This document shows, piece by piece, positions 52,550-63,815 of a stretch of DNA of 64,000 bases (position 1 is the first letter of the stretch; each line of letters opens with the position of its first letter). The notes under the pieces are model-generated. The model saw only the letters and a list, made by a program, of their open reading frames with translations, searched no databases and was not told the origin of the DNA. A program made the translations under genes and the position numbers. The stretch is from Macrostomum lignano (Eukaryota), in contig NIVC01001955.1 in the NCBI GenBank assembly GCA_002269645.1, positions 68,123 to 132,122 of the forward strand. The letters are read 5' to 3'.

Positions 52550-53262
52550 TGAGAGTGGAGAGAAGGAATAGACTATTCGAAGAGAGGAGAAGCGACAGAG
52601 GGGATAAAAGAAAAGATAAAAGATAATAGGAGAGATGAGGGGCTGAGGACGATGAGAGAGAGGGGGAGAAGAGGGGAGAGAGGAAAAGCGAGAGGAGAGA
52701 GTAGAGATAAGAGAGCAGAGAGCTGCAGATGAGAGGAGAGAGGAGACAGCAGAGAGGAGAGCAGAGAGGAAACAGGTGAAAGAAGAGATGAGAGAGTAAA
52801 GGGAAGAGAGAAGAGATAAAGATACATCTCTACATCTCTAAGGTTGTAGAGATGAGAGAGGTGGAAGGAGAGATGAGAAATGAGAGATGAGAGATAACGG
52901 AGAGAGGAGAGTGGAGTGAAAGAAGAGAGGGAGACAGAGTATAGAAAAGGGAAGAGAAGAGAAAAGAAGAAAGGAGAAAGGAAAGTGAGGAGTCAAAAGA
53001 GGGGAAAGAAAAGAGTACAGAGGAGAGAGGTGAGAGAACATATAAGACAGAGATGCCAGATTAAAGAGGGGGGATGAGAGAGCAGAGACGAGAGTGAACA
53101 GATAAAAGATGGGAGAGTAGAGAGAACAGAGGAGAGGTTACAGAGACGAGAGGAGAGAGGAGAGACAAAGGTAGAGAAGTGAGTGAGGAGAGAGGAGAGG
53201 AAAGAGGAGAATGGAGAGGGGAGAAGAGAGTAGAGAGAGGAGGAGAGATAAGAGAGAAAGAC

Positions 53263-53324
<62 letters not shown>

Positions 53325-53700
53325 CAGACAGAAATGAGAAGAGATAAGAGAGAAAAGATAAAAGAAGAGAAAGGAAAGATGAGAGAGCAAAGACGAGAGA
53401 GAAAAGAGGTGAGGGAAGAGACGAGAGAAGAGGGGAGAGATGAGAGAGTAGAGGAGAGAGTTAAGAGAAGAGAGAAAAGAATAGAAAGGAGAAGGAAAAT
53501 AAGAGAGAAGAGGGGGTGAGAGGAGAGAGGAGAGGGGGAGAGAGGAGAGAGGAGAGGAGAGAGGAGAGGAGAGAGAAAAGAAGAGACAAGAGATGAGATA
53601 AGAGAGAAGAGAGAGAAGAGAGATGAGGGAAGATACGAGAGAAGAGGGGAGAGAGGAGAGACAAGGGATGAGAGAGATGAGAGGAAACAAAGAGACGATA
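52550..53700. repeat. AG-rich low-complexity region including (AG)n
   Basis: Directly visible; source of many Leu/Ser ORFs. Confidence 0.92.
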
Positions 53701-54929
53701 GTAATTTTAAAGGATCCAAGGGACATAGGGAAAGTCAGGGAGAGACCAGAGTTTAGCAATATATGTTTTAGAGTCAGACAGACATTGCCTGACATTATGC
53801 GCAGTACCCCAGCCAACAATGTCTCAAACCCTAATTTTACACGAATGTGCTCCATTTTATGTCTACCTCTATCCTACTAACTATTAACAAGTTTTTGTTT
53901 GTGTATGGCCTTAGATTTCAGAATACATGCAAAAGTAGTTCCGGGTATTGGAATTCCCCGGGTTTAAAATCCGCGGGTTTCAACAGCTTGTCGACATTAT
54001 AAAAATAGCCAATTTGTGCTATTCAATTTTGTGAATTTTCTATTTACTGATTATAACAATCAATTAGCTAAGGTGATGATTAGCTATGCAATCGCAAACT
54101 TGTGTCCTTGTATCCTTGATATATTTTTTCTTAAAATCTTTTAATCCTTCAAACTTTTTAAAATAAGATATTAGATCTTTCCAACGCAAATCTTTGAAGG
54201 CCATAGCTTTGTTTATTAAACCTAAAGGCGCGGATCAGCCAAGCTAACGGCTCTACCCCTGAATAAAGGAGTGTGACCTCCAGCAGCGTATGCTAGGGTC
54301 TTTTGAACATTGGATCCTTATGGGTTAGGTTTGCTTCAGAGAAGGCTGTCTTTACGCGAAAAATACACCACTGAAACAACGTTGTATGGACGTCGTCCTT
54401 CTAAGAAATACAACAGAGGCAATTGTTTACAAAAACTTCAAAATAAAGGCAGCTCTGAACATTTTTATGTCGTTTTTTATACTTTGAGTCATTTTTCTAA
54501 ATGTCTTTAATTTTTTTAAAAGGATGGGGAGGCCGATATTTATATCCTTTAATTGATGAATTTTTGGGCGATGCCCTAGCCAAAGAAACACGAAAAGAAA
54601 ATCACTAACGCTGCTACTTTTAAACATAAAAGTCTCATAAACATATCTCGAAATATTTTCGCCTAAAGCCAGCCTTCTAAGAAAATAATTTTCTACTACT
54701 AAAAGTCTTCTAAAGCCTAGGAAGCGGTAAAGAAAGAAAATGAGAAACAAAAGCTTAAAGTTTGGACACGCGTTTTACAGTGTGAGAGGAGGAGATATAG
54801 CGGACTGAGGGCTGAGTCGCATGGCCTGCCATTTTCACTCAAAGTCACGGTACGGCCTCAAGGGTCTTGACTTAGACACACGGATGACTTTAACGGCATT
54901 TATGTAGTCCGTGCTCAGACAGTGTCAGA

Positions 54930-55830
54930 GCAGCATCTGGAGACGTTTGCGGATTATGAGCTTGCCAAACGTTACGCACTTCAGTCTCGGATGCGTTGAT
55001 CACCAGTCCGACGCCATTGCCCTCCTTCCCGGCAGCAATCCGACGTTGACTGTCGTTTCCGATGTCTATCGACGTCGCTGACAAAAAATGTACTTTTTAA
55101 TAACATCGACGGACAACGGCTTCAAACGTCGGTTGAACGTCGGTGTAATTTGTAAAAGTACGATACAAATTTTTCAGCGACGTCGGGAATTCGGGAATGA
55201 AGACTCTGGAGAGAACGTGCTAAGCGCGACAGCCGGATGGTGACACACAAGGGCCGATATCTTCAGCGTAGTTCTATTTGTAAAGGAGAGCACGCAGCAA
55301 TAAGGCAGGATGCCGGGAGCTTCGGTGTGGAACCATAACATCACCATCGTTTTCACTCTGGCACCAGCGTCCAGTGAAGCATGTAGTTCATAACTACGAT
55401 GAAGAGCAGAGGGGGTAGTGATAGCTTGTCGCCAGACACCTGAAGTTTAGCCGTGGCTGGACTGGACAAACGCAGTGCATCGGATCGCTGTACTGGTCTA
55501 TTCAAGAGGCTACACCTAAGGGAAAGATTCAATGTAAACGCCAGGCACAAAGTAGAGACAAACCCACAAAAAATTACAGGCATGTAAACAGAAAAGACTG
55601 CGAAAGTTGATCGCTACGGAGCGCTTGGCATCTTTCAAGCTTCGATAACGACCTGAATGGCCAGTGCTGGACCAGACAAGCCGAAAAACATTTCTGGCTG
55701 AGAAGCAGAAGATTTAGCCGTTCAGCAGTTTAGACTTTAGACTTTTTCGGAGTGCATGGAGATTACGATATTGAATGTGCGTCATTTGGCAGGTGACGTA
55801 AATGCATCGTATTGGGTCAGTTCCGGAAAG
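54930..55830 (-). mobile_element. Decayed RTE-clade non-LTR retrotransposon, reverse transcriptase fragment
   Basis: Broken frames give, in RT order: ISMHSEKV..LLNRL, NVFR..SST (cf. NGFR..RST), VAINFR (cf. FIDF), GDKLS.PLLFIVVMNYML (cf. QGDTLAPYLFIIVMDYVL), RSSRHPA..NYAEDI (cf. RSSRHPA..DFADDI), GVGLVINASETE (cf. VGL.IN..KTE). Stops and frameshifts throughout. Confidence 0.78.
55070..55185. repeat. Imperfect palindrome (MITE-like) interrupting the RTE fragment
   Basis: CGACGTCGCTGA.AAAA..TGTACTTTT versus AAAAGTAC..ATTTTTCAGCGACGTCG. Confidence 0.7.
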
Positions 55831-56303
55831 TTCAAAAGCGTTTGCTATTGAGTCTGCCCCGGAAGCGGCATCCAAACGCTCTTCAGAGCTTAACTGACCT
55901 CGCCCGTGGTGATCGGACCTGAGCTGGGTCGGAAACCGGAATCAAAACAGAATGAGGCAGGGGCGATGAGCACCTTGTGGTGGTTAACCATCAGAGCTTA
56001 TCTAAGTAAAAGTACAGCTTATAGTGTACATGGTGTTAACAGTATATTTGCCAATTGTTAATACACAGAGAAAATCATACATTTCACTTCGTAAAATACT
56101 AAATCTTTTCTGTATTATATTTATCGGTATAGGTCCGTGGTAACTATAAAAAATCAGAATAACCGAAGCGATATATATCGTAACTTTTACTTTCATGCAT
56201 TTTTAATTAACGAGATACAAATTGGTTGTGTTTGTCCACCATTCGAAAGCATGGCATAGTGCGTTATTTGATGCAATTTTAATCTGAGAACCGGATAGCA
56301 GCA

Positions 56304-57711
56304 TTAGATCTCCACACCCTCACGTCTGCCGTGTCCTCCACCGCGGTGACGTCTGCCGCGACCTCCACCGCGGTGGCGACGCGAGCGATGCCTGCCTGAA
56401 CGACGCCAGTGGTCGTGGCCGCTCTCAGCGCCGCCCATTGCCTGCTCCATGCTGCCGTCAATCAGGTCCATCATCTGCGCCAGAAAGTCGTCTTCGACGA
56501 GACTCGCCACTTCAACATCTGACTTCATTTCTTTGGCCTCCAGTCCGACGTAGTTCTGCAACAAATTATCAATAGAATCGTAGGTCCTTTCGTAACATTT
56601 ATATACATACGGTAAACTTATGTGCAACTCGCAATACAAACTCAAAAGGAAACGCCTAGCCTTGTTCAGTCTCAGTCAAAAATACTGGATTCTGAAGAAG
56701 CCAGGCCGCAACGTATAAAGTACATTTCATTGGCGCATGGTACGTAACTTCAAGAACCTGAAAGTTTCGAAAATCGATTAGAGAGTGATGAGCCGGTACC
56801 TTGAACTTGCGCCACAGCCTGCGACTTCCTGACGTCTCCTCGGCAGTGCTCGAGTTGTTCTTGCAGAAGTCCGGCACATTGTACAGCTCCCTGTCTTTGA
56901 TGCCCGAGGTCACGTTGTAGTACTGGTAGTTGCCCATCATGCTGCGGAATCGCCTCTTCACTCGGTAAGCGCCCTTAATGGGCACGCACGAGCGGCTGGT
57001 GACAACGGAGAACACCTCGGTGGTCAGCGCGCGGCTGGCGTTGCGGTAGCCGTAGGCCGTCACTGGGAGGCTGTTTTGCCCGGCTCCGTAAAAGTATGGC
57101 GAGTACTGCCTGAAGTAGTCTGTAAGAGTTCGGAATTTTTTACATAGCGGTACTCATCTATGCTCTACTCTGTCAATCAGCCTCATTCTGGCGGATTCTG
57201 GTGGGGATGGATTCTTACCTGGGATGCAGGGTCTTCTCATCGACCGCCTCAGCTTGAATGTCTTGCACTTGTCCTTGTAGATGAAGTACGCCTTCTTGGC
57301 ATTAAAGTCGGCCACGGTTCGGGTGTGGTAGACCCGCTTAGTCTTCTTGCAGTAGGACATTGTGCGGGCGGCCACCTTCTTGCCAGGGTAATCAAGACCG
57401 ACCTTGCTGTCGGACTGCGGGGCAGGCGGAGCGATTCTACGTTAAACTAACACATCAATGAATGAACGGGTACTTCTTTTCCATTTATTGTATTTATAAA
57501 TCTCCAATTTACATTCACTTACGGCTCGAAATTTAGGGATCAGAAATTTCTTGCTAATGTGGAAGGCGCCCACGCGTCCCTCCCACTGTGTGGGCAGACA
57601 GCAGCCTTTGCCGAGCTCGCCCTTGTCGTCGGCGTAGTCGCCCATCCAGAAGAGGCTCTCCATCGCGCTGGCAGTCGCCAGCACAGTCAGGAGAAGCACC
57701 AGAGTCTTCAT
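56304..57711 (-). CDS. Ependymin-related protein, copy A (318 aa), with acidic and Arg/His/Gly-rich tail
   Basis: Exons 57711-57523, 57414-57219, 57119-56800, 56555-56304. Signal peptide MKTLVLLLTVLATASA. Ependymin motifs CCLPTQWEG, C..F.L, PCIP, SCVP, GIKDRELYNVPDFC. Confidence 0.88.
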
Positions 57712-57712
57712 G
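56322..57712 (-). repeat. Left arm of 1391-bp inverted duplication
   Basis: Reverse complement of 59711-61101; no mismatch seen in the segments compared by eye, introns included. Confidence 0.93.
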
Positions 57713-57794
57713 GCTGTTGCTTGGGTTAAACTTGCTTGAATTTATGAGAGCTCAGCTCGTTGAAGTTGGAAGAAGTTCCTATTTGCGTTTCAAG

Positions 57795-57802
57795 TATTTA
57801 TA
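57795..57802 (-). promoter_or_regulatory. TATA box of ependymin copy A
   Basis: TATAAATA on the minus strand, ~91 nt upstream of the ATG. Confidence 0.5.
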
Positions 57803-58507
57803 AAGGGCCATAGGTTGTTGTTGAAGATTCTTATCGCTCCAGGCAAGCCAACTTTGCTACTTTCATAAAGTTGCAGCTGACCTGGAGACGCGGATAAATC
57901 AGATTGAGAGCGAGCCACGCAGAGTTTACGTTTGCATGGCTAATAGCATGTGACTTTTACTGATTATAAGAGAACGTAGAGGGTCAGAATTCGGCGAAAA
58001 TTTATCGAGACAATTTTTAGACGTGGCGCGATACGTGAACTGTAACAGCATGTGTCACTGGCTGCCTGATGAGGTCTGTGTAGTATATGAAAACCTGAGC
58101 TGTCAAGATTGAGAAGTTTTCCAATGACGCATCTGCTGTATCGGCACACGACGTTAGCAACCTCGCTACTTTGATAAAGTAGAAAAGGGTTCAATGTACA
58201 TGAAATTTGCATGCAGCACGATAAGCACTATCAATTTTTTAAAGCGTTTCTAAGTTAAATTTTACTGGGTTTTCCAGCGCTTTAGATTGTTAATTCAATC
58301 CATGACAACATAATGACAAAGTTAATGTCCCTTGGATTTTTAAAGTAAGATGCACTGTTTATAGACAATTTTTTAGCCGATTTGCTACCAAGATTATCCT
58401 CTCTTAAGGCCAATAAGATAGTGTTTTATCTGAAAATGATTTGTATTACATGTAACAAACATGGGTGTCGATACAAAATGCGCCACTCCAAAAAAGTAAG
58501 TCAACCA

Positions 58508-58560
58508 GGGGACTATAGATCCGACGAGAGTCCCTAGGTTCGATTCCTCGCGTGCGGTCC
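58508..58560 (+). other. tRNA-like relic (anticodon arm and B box), D-arm absent
   Basis: GGACTATAGATCC...GGTTCGATTCC (B box 58537-58547) resembles tRNA-Tyr GGACTGTAGATCC...GGTTCGA. No full cloverleaf. Confidence 0.35.
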
Positions 58561-59629
58561 ACAGAATGTGAAATTCGTACAAGGAAATCATTCGTACAAG
58601 GAGGTTGTTAAACGATTCTTGCCCAATGTAGGCCAAGGCAGCTAGCTGAGCATGATGAAAGTAAGGAGGGCTGCATGTCTTGTTTACCCGTCTGAGTTAG
58701 GCGAGGTAATGTAAGCTTTCATTCTCTACTCGCGTCGTGCAGCGATACAATGTATTGATTTCAGCCAAACCAATTAACTGTTCAGGCGCACATTTCGGGC
58801 TGAAAAATCGGCCTGCTATGAAATTTTCGGCTTGCCCAAGTAGCCGTCTGCTAGCTCGTAAATCAACAGTAAAACACTGTAAATGGTGTTAATTAAATGC
58901 AATAAAGCATAATTTATGCTCTCTCAGCTCGAAATACAAGGTCCCAAAAAATTTATTTTCGATACTTTTGGCCCCAAGAAATTGTGCAGTGACAGAGAAA
59001 AATGAATAATAAAAAAGTATGGGTCTCTGCTAGAGACTAAAAAAGTTCTTTTTCAATTCGGATTAATTCATTAGACGTTTGCCATCGAGCCAATCTGCTT
59101 ATAATATGCACCCGAACAGAGACAGCGCTATAACTTCCTTCAAGGCATAATTATCAATTTTTTATCGCACTGAAGTCTGTCAGGCTGAAGTGGAATGAGA
59201 AAGTTATCACAGTCAATACGGACCCCAAATACGTGACACTTTGGTACCTCGTACATAGAAACGCTGTGTGTTTAACTTGAGAATAGAAAATGTAGAAAAT
59301 CTAAAACCTTCCCGAGAAATTAAAGGATTTTTCATGCGTATTAAACATTTGTTTACCGGTATTGAAGACTTCTGAATATGTGCTCGATCTTCGTCCGATA
59401 GACAAAAAATTACCTGGCAAATTGCTTAGCCGCTGGAGACCTCGTAAAAAATTGTAAGAAAGTTATTTTGAATTTGATCTGAAACTGTTTTTCTACGCAC
59501 TAAAAATTCAAGCCGCAGGTTTTAATAAATGTCATGTCATCGAGACCTACGAATACTAAAATTAGAACGGAAAACGCTTTGACAGCGGGTGCAAAGTTTT
59601 GACCTTCGTCTGTCAGATATGCAAAGCAG

Positions 59630-59637
59630 TATAAAAG
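59630..59637 (+). promoter_or_regulatory. TATA box of ependymin copy B
   Basis: TATAAAAG ~82 nt upstream of the ATG at 59712. Confidence 0.5.
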
Positions 59638-59710
59638 ACAGTCATTTGTAGCATAACTTTTCCGACGATAAAAATTGGTCAAGCTAAATTTGCAAAACAG
59701 ACAACAAAAT

Positions 59711-61101
59711 CATGAAGACTCTGGTGCTTCTCCTGACTGTGCTGGCGACTGCCAGCGCGATGGAGAGCCTCTTCTGGATGGGCGACTACGCCGACGACAA
59801 GGGCGAGCTCGGCAAAGGCTGCTGTCTGCCCACACAGTGGGAGGGACGCGTGGGCGCCTTCCACATTAGCAAGAAATTTCTGATCCCTAAATTTCGAGCC
59901 GTAAGTGAATGTAAATTGGAGATTTATAAATACAATAAATGGAAAAGAAGTACCCGTTCATTCATTGATGTGTTAGTTTAACGTAGAATCGCTCCGCCTG
60001 CCCCGCAGTCCGACAGCAAGGTCGGTCTTGATTACCCTGGCAAGAAGGTGGCCGCCCGCACAATGTCCTACTGCAAGAAGACTAAGCGGGTCTACCACAC
60101 CCGAACCGTGGCCGACTTTAATGCCAAGAAGGCGTACTTCATCTACAAGGACAAGTGCAAGACATTCAAGCTGAGGCGGTCGATGAGAAGACCCTGCATC
60201 CCAGGTAAGAATCCATCCCCACCAGAATCCGCCAGAATGAGGCTGATTGACAGAGTAGAGCATAGATGAGTACCGCTATGTAAAAAATTCCGAACTCTTA
60301 CAGACTACTTCAGGCAGTACTCGCCATACTTTTACGGAGCCGGGCAAAACAGCCTCCCAGTGACGGCCTACGGCTACCGCAACGCCAGCCGCGCGCTGAC
60401 CACCGAGGTGTTCTCCGTTGTCACCAGCCGCTCGTGCGTGCCCATTAAGGGCGCTTACCGAGTGAAGAGGCGATTCCGCAGCATGATGGGCAACTACCAG
60501 TACTACAACGTGACCTCGGGCATCAAAGACAGGGAGCTGTACAATGTGCCGGACTTCTGCAAGAACAACTCGAGCACTGCCGAGGAGACGTCAGGAAGTC
60601 GCAGGCTGTGGCGCAAGTTCAAGGTACCGGCTCATCACTCTCTAATCGATTTTCGAAACTTTCAGGTTCTTGAAGTTACGTACCATGCGCCAATGAAATG
60701 TACTTTATACGTTGCGGCCTGGCTTCTTCAGAATCCAGTATTTTTGACTGAGACTGAACAAGGCTAGGCGTTTCCTTTTGAGTTTGTATTGCGAGTTGCA
60801 CATAAGTTTACCGTATGTATATAAATGTTACGAAAGGACCTACGATTCTATTGATAATTTGTTGCAGAACTACGTCGGACTGGAGGCCAAAGAAATGAAG
60901 TCAGATGTTGAAGTGGCGAGTCTCGTCGAAGACGACTTTCTGGCGCAGATGATGGACCTGATTGACGGCAGCATGGAGCAGGCAATGGGCGGCGCTGAGA
61001 GCGGCCACGACCACTGGCGTCGTTCAGGCAGGCATCGCTCGCGTCGCCACCGCGGTGGAGGTCGCGGCAGACGTCACCGCGGTGGAGGACACGGCAGACG
61101 T
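59711..61101 (+). repeat. Right arm of 1391-bp inverted duplication
   Basis: Mirror of 56322-57712 (x maps to 117423-x). Confidence 0.93.
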
Positions 61102-61140
61102 CATCGCGACTCAGAACGCTACGATGAGGTGGAGGCTTGA
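59712..61140 (+). CDS. Ependymin-related protein, copy B (325 aa), with acidic and Arg/His/Gly-rich tail
   Basis: Exons 59712-59900, 60009-60204, 60304-60623, 60868-61140; phase-compatible, 978 nt. Identical to copy A until ...GHGRR, then HRDSERYDEVEA*. Confidence 0.9.
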
Positions 61141-61453
61141 TAGCATTCGATATCTGAGTTGATAAACTTCGCTCTTACCATCGTTTTGAGCAGAAAGATT
61201 TTTTGTAGTGAGTTTTATTGAACTTTCGCACCGGAATATCCTGCACGTAATTTGCACCCTAGGGTACAGACGGAGCTGTTGTAAACCAAGAAAAAAGTAC
61301 ATACTGAACGTTGGTTGTTAATTTAACAATCCAGAGACCAGAATTCTATCTCCAAGCTTAACTTGATGTTTTGAGTAATTTTAATTTATTTTGACGATGG
61401 CTATAGCAAACGAAATAATTCAAATGTTTCCAAAACCAGCAATGACTCCTGGA

Positions 61454-62685
61454 TTAAAGAGGCTGTGTCACTAGAGGCATGTCATGGAATGAACTCAGCC
61501 GCAGCCGCACAGCCTCAGAAGCGGCAATATCTGACGGCAGCTCAGCAGCGAAAGCTTCGCAATCGAAGGGTCGCATTAGAAAGTGGGCGAATTCTGCACT
61601 GGCAAGAAAATCAGCCTCGTGACGGCGCTCCGACGAGCAGGCAAACTCGTCCACCGGGTCGCCGCCGCAGCCAGGCTCTCCGGGCAGGCAGGGCTCGCCG
61701 GGGTGCACCATCCACTCGCACCAGAGCTCGGCGGGCTCGTCTGACATGCTCCGCTGAAAGGCAGTTATGGGAAAAAAGAATGCTAAGTGCATGACAGCGT
61801 GTGGCATAATAATAGTTGTGAAGCAGCAAAGTATGTTTGTTGGCTTATATATATTCTTGTCCCTCATTTTCTCGAAGCATCACTTGATATTTATGAGCTT
61901 TCTTCGTGAAGCTTTAGAAAATATTTACTACACACCAGCTTAATCAGCGCTGGGCTCAGCTGCCTGGCCAGCTGCCGGGCCACTCTGTCCAGCCGCATCT
62001 CGGCCCCATGCTGGACAGGCCCATGAAGGCACCGGCCAGGTGAGGCCAGCCGAGGCAAACTCTTGCTTGGCCGCGATAGCCGCGTCGTTTGATACGTCAG
62101 TCAGGAAGCGTCGCCGTTGGCTTTGGGCCTCTCCGTCAGTTTCAACAGTCTTGTTGTTGTCCTCGTCGCCGACATCCAGCCAGGGCAGGCGGCACTCGGC
62201 CGGCACTCGACGCGATGGACACCAGCAGCCGCGGCGGCCTCGGCGAAGGCGGACGCGGCCAGGCCGGGCAGCGAGTGCGCGTGCTGGTGCCCGTCGGCGT
62301 GACCGGCCGGCCGTCCGTCGAAGAGCTCGGCGAATCGGGCAAACTGAGCGCCGGCCTCGGCTAGGATGTCCGACCGGGACACCTGTCCGGCTGAAAGGGC
62401 AGCGCGAAAGCCGAGCTTGCCCAGGAACCGGCCAGTGTCCGGGTTCACCAGGCTCGGCACTGGCCAGGCGGACAAACCGGCCGGCCCTCGTCAGGTTCAG
62501 ATGAAGCCCGGGCGTCGGTCTTGAAGCAAAAAAGCTGCGAAGCTCGGCGGAGCGCAGGCCGAACCGGTGACCATGAAGGAGGCGTCCGTCACGTGACCGT
62601 CGGCCAGGAGCCGCAGGATGGCCCGGTCGCGCCTGGCCGAGTAGCCGAGATCGTCAGCGTTGATAATAAGGTTCAGCAGCAGAGG
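61454..62685 (-). CDS. YDJC: YdjC-family carbohydrate deacetylase with six apparent 1-bp deletions (probably sequencing errors); start exon unresolved
   Basis: Exon 62685-61936: LIINADDLGYSARRD..GLHLNLT(E)GRP..GRFLGKLGFR..HADGHQHAHSLPG..AFMGLS. Exon 61753-61454: EWMVHPGEP..GCGGDPVDEFACSSERRHE. Metal-binding DD and H motifs are present. Confidence 0.85.
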
Positions 62686-62915
62686 CTGCGGGAAGAAGAG
62701 CTTAAATAATTGTTGAAAATTGAAAATTGGTTTGTTTGGCTCAGGTGTTCCTCCATCTCTTGGCCTTAATACAACAAGGATGCAAGATATAGAACATGAT
62801 GTGCGTTCAAATCAAATTTATATTTATCATACGTGGTCTTGTTAATTAACAAGCGTCTGAAATGTTTTTAACGTCTGAGATATTAGAGAAAAGCTCAGTA
62901 AATCTGAGCAGACGT

Positions 62916-62929
62916 GTTGCCATCGCAAC
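62916..62929. promoter_or_regulatory. RFX X-box-like palindrome upstream of YDJC
   Basis: GTTGCCATCGCAAC, 13/14 match to GTTGCCATGGCAAC. Confidence 0.45.
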
Positions 62930-63487
62930 TCCTACACTGCTAATCCTTCTCAGGTTGAAACTTCAATACAGCAAAACAACCTCAGTACACGGAGGGCAGA
63001 GCATAGGCCATAAATACGCTGCCTGTGGCCAGCCAGAGATAAGAAGCTTCAGAACACTCCTGACCAAACTAACAGAGACTTTCGAAAATACAAAAAACAA
63101 TCTGAAAATTCTGAGATCGAAATTGGCTGGCTAAACAGCTAAACGTTGATAAGCGGAATCGAAAAGCTTTGATCGAGCAAGTTAGAGGCCGGTTTAAAAA
63201 GATTTAGCGAGCTATCTCTGCATGCAGTCCAGTCTTAGAAGACGCAGCTGCTATCTCTCTGCTCAAGCCAGTGGACTCATACAGGAATCTTACAATTGTT
63301 AACTGGATTTACCTTAAGTAAATTACTTATTTTAAGTAAATGTGAAACCATAATGGAGCTACAAGTCTTTATAGGCTAGCCCGAGGGGCATACGAAAGCA
63401 CCATAAATGAGTGTGAAGATGTCACTTAGTCTCATGTTTCTTTCTTATTTTGTGTCGTGCAGCATATAAAATGTATTCAAATCTATT

Positions 63488-63488
<1 letters not shown>

Positions 63489-63554
<66 letters not shown>

Positions 63555-63598
63555 TCTCTTTCTTTCTCTCTCTCTCGCTTTCTCTTTCTCTCTCTTTT

Positions 63599-63652
<54 letters not shown>

Positions 63653-63815
63653 CTCTTCTCTCTCTTCTCTCTCTCGTCTCTCTCTCTCTCTCTCTCTCTC
63701 TCTTTTCTCTCTCTCTCTCTCTCTCTCTTTTCTCTCTCTCTCCTCTCTCTCTTCTTCTCTCTCTGTCTCTCTTCTCTCTCTCTCTCTCTCTCTCTCCTCT
63801 CTTTCTCTCTCTCTC
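63489..63815. repeat. (CT)n microsatellite and low-complexity sequence
   Basis: Directly visible. Confidence 0.96.

Noticed and set aside
54230-54760. Structured RNA or ribozyme, and a short inverted similarity (~54338-54370 vs ~54652-54685)
   Set aside because: No HDV or hammerhead topology could be built, and the inverted match is short and imperfect with no TSD.
58066-58092. Hammerhead ribozyme core (CTGATGA...GAAA); similar motifs at ~24560-24590 (minus) and in the 25690 array
   Set aside because: Stem II does not close, stems I and III cannot be formed, and the array lacks GAAA.
58652-58695. C/D-box snoRNA (ATGATGA...CTGA)
   Set aside because: Only 44 nt, no terminal stem, intergenic, and no rRNA-complementary guide recognised.
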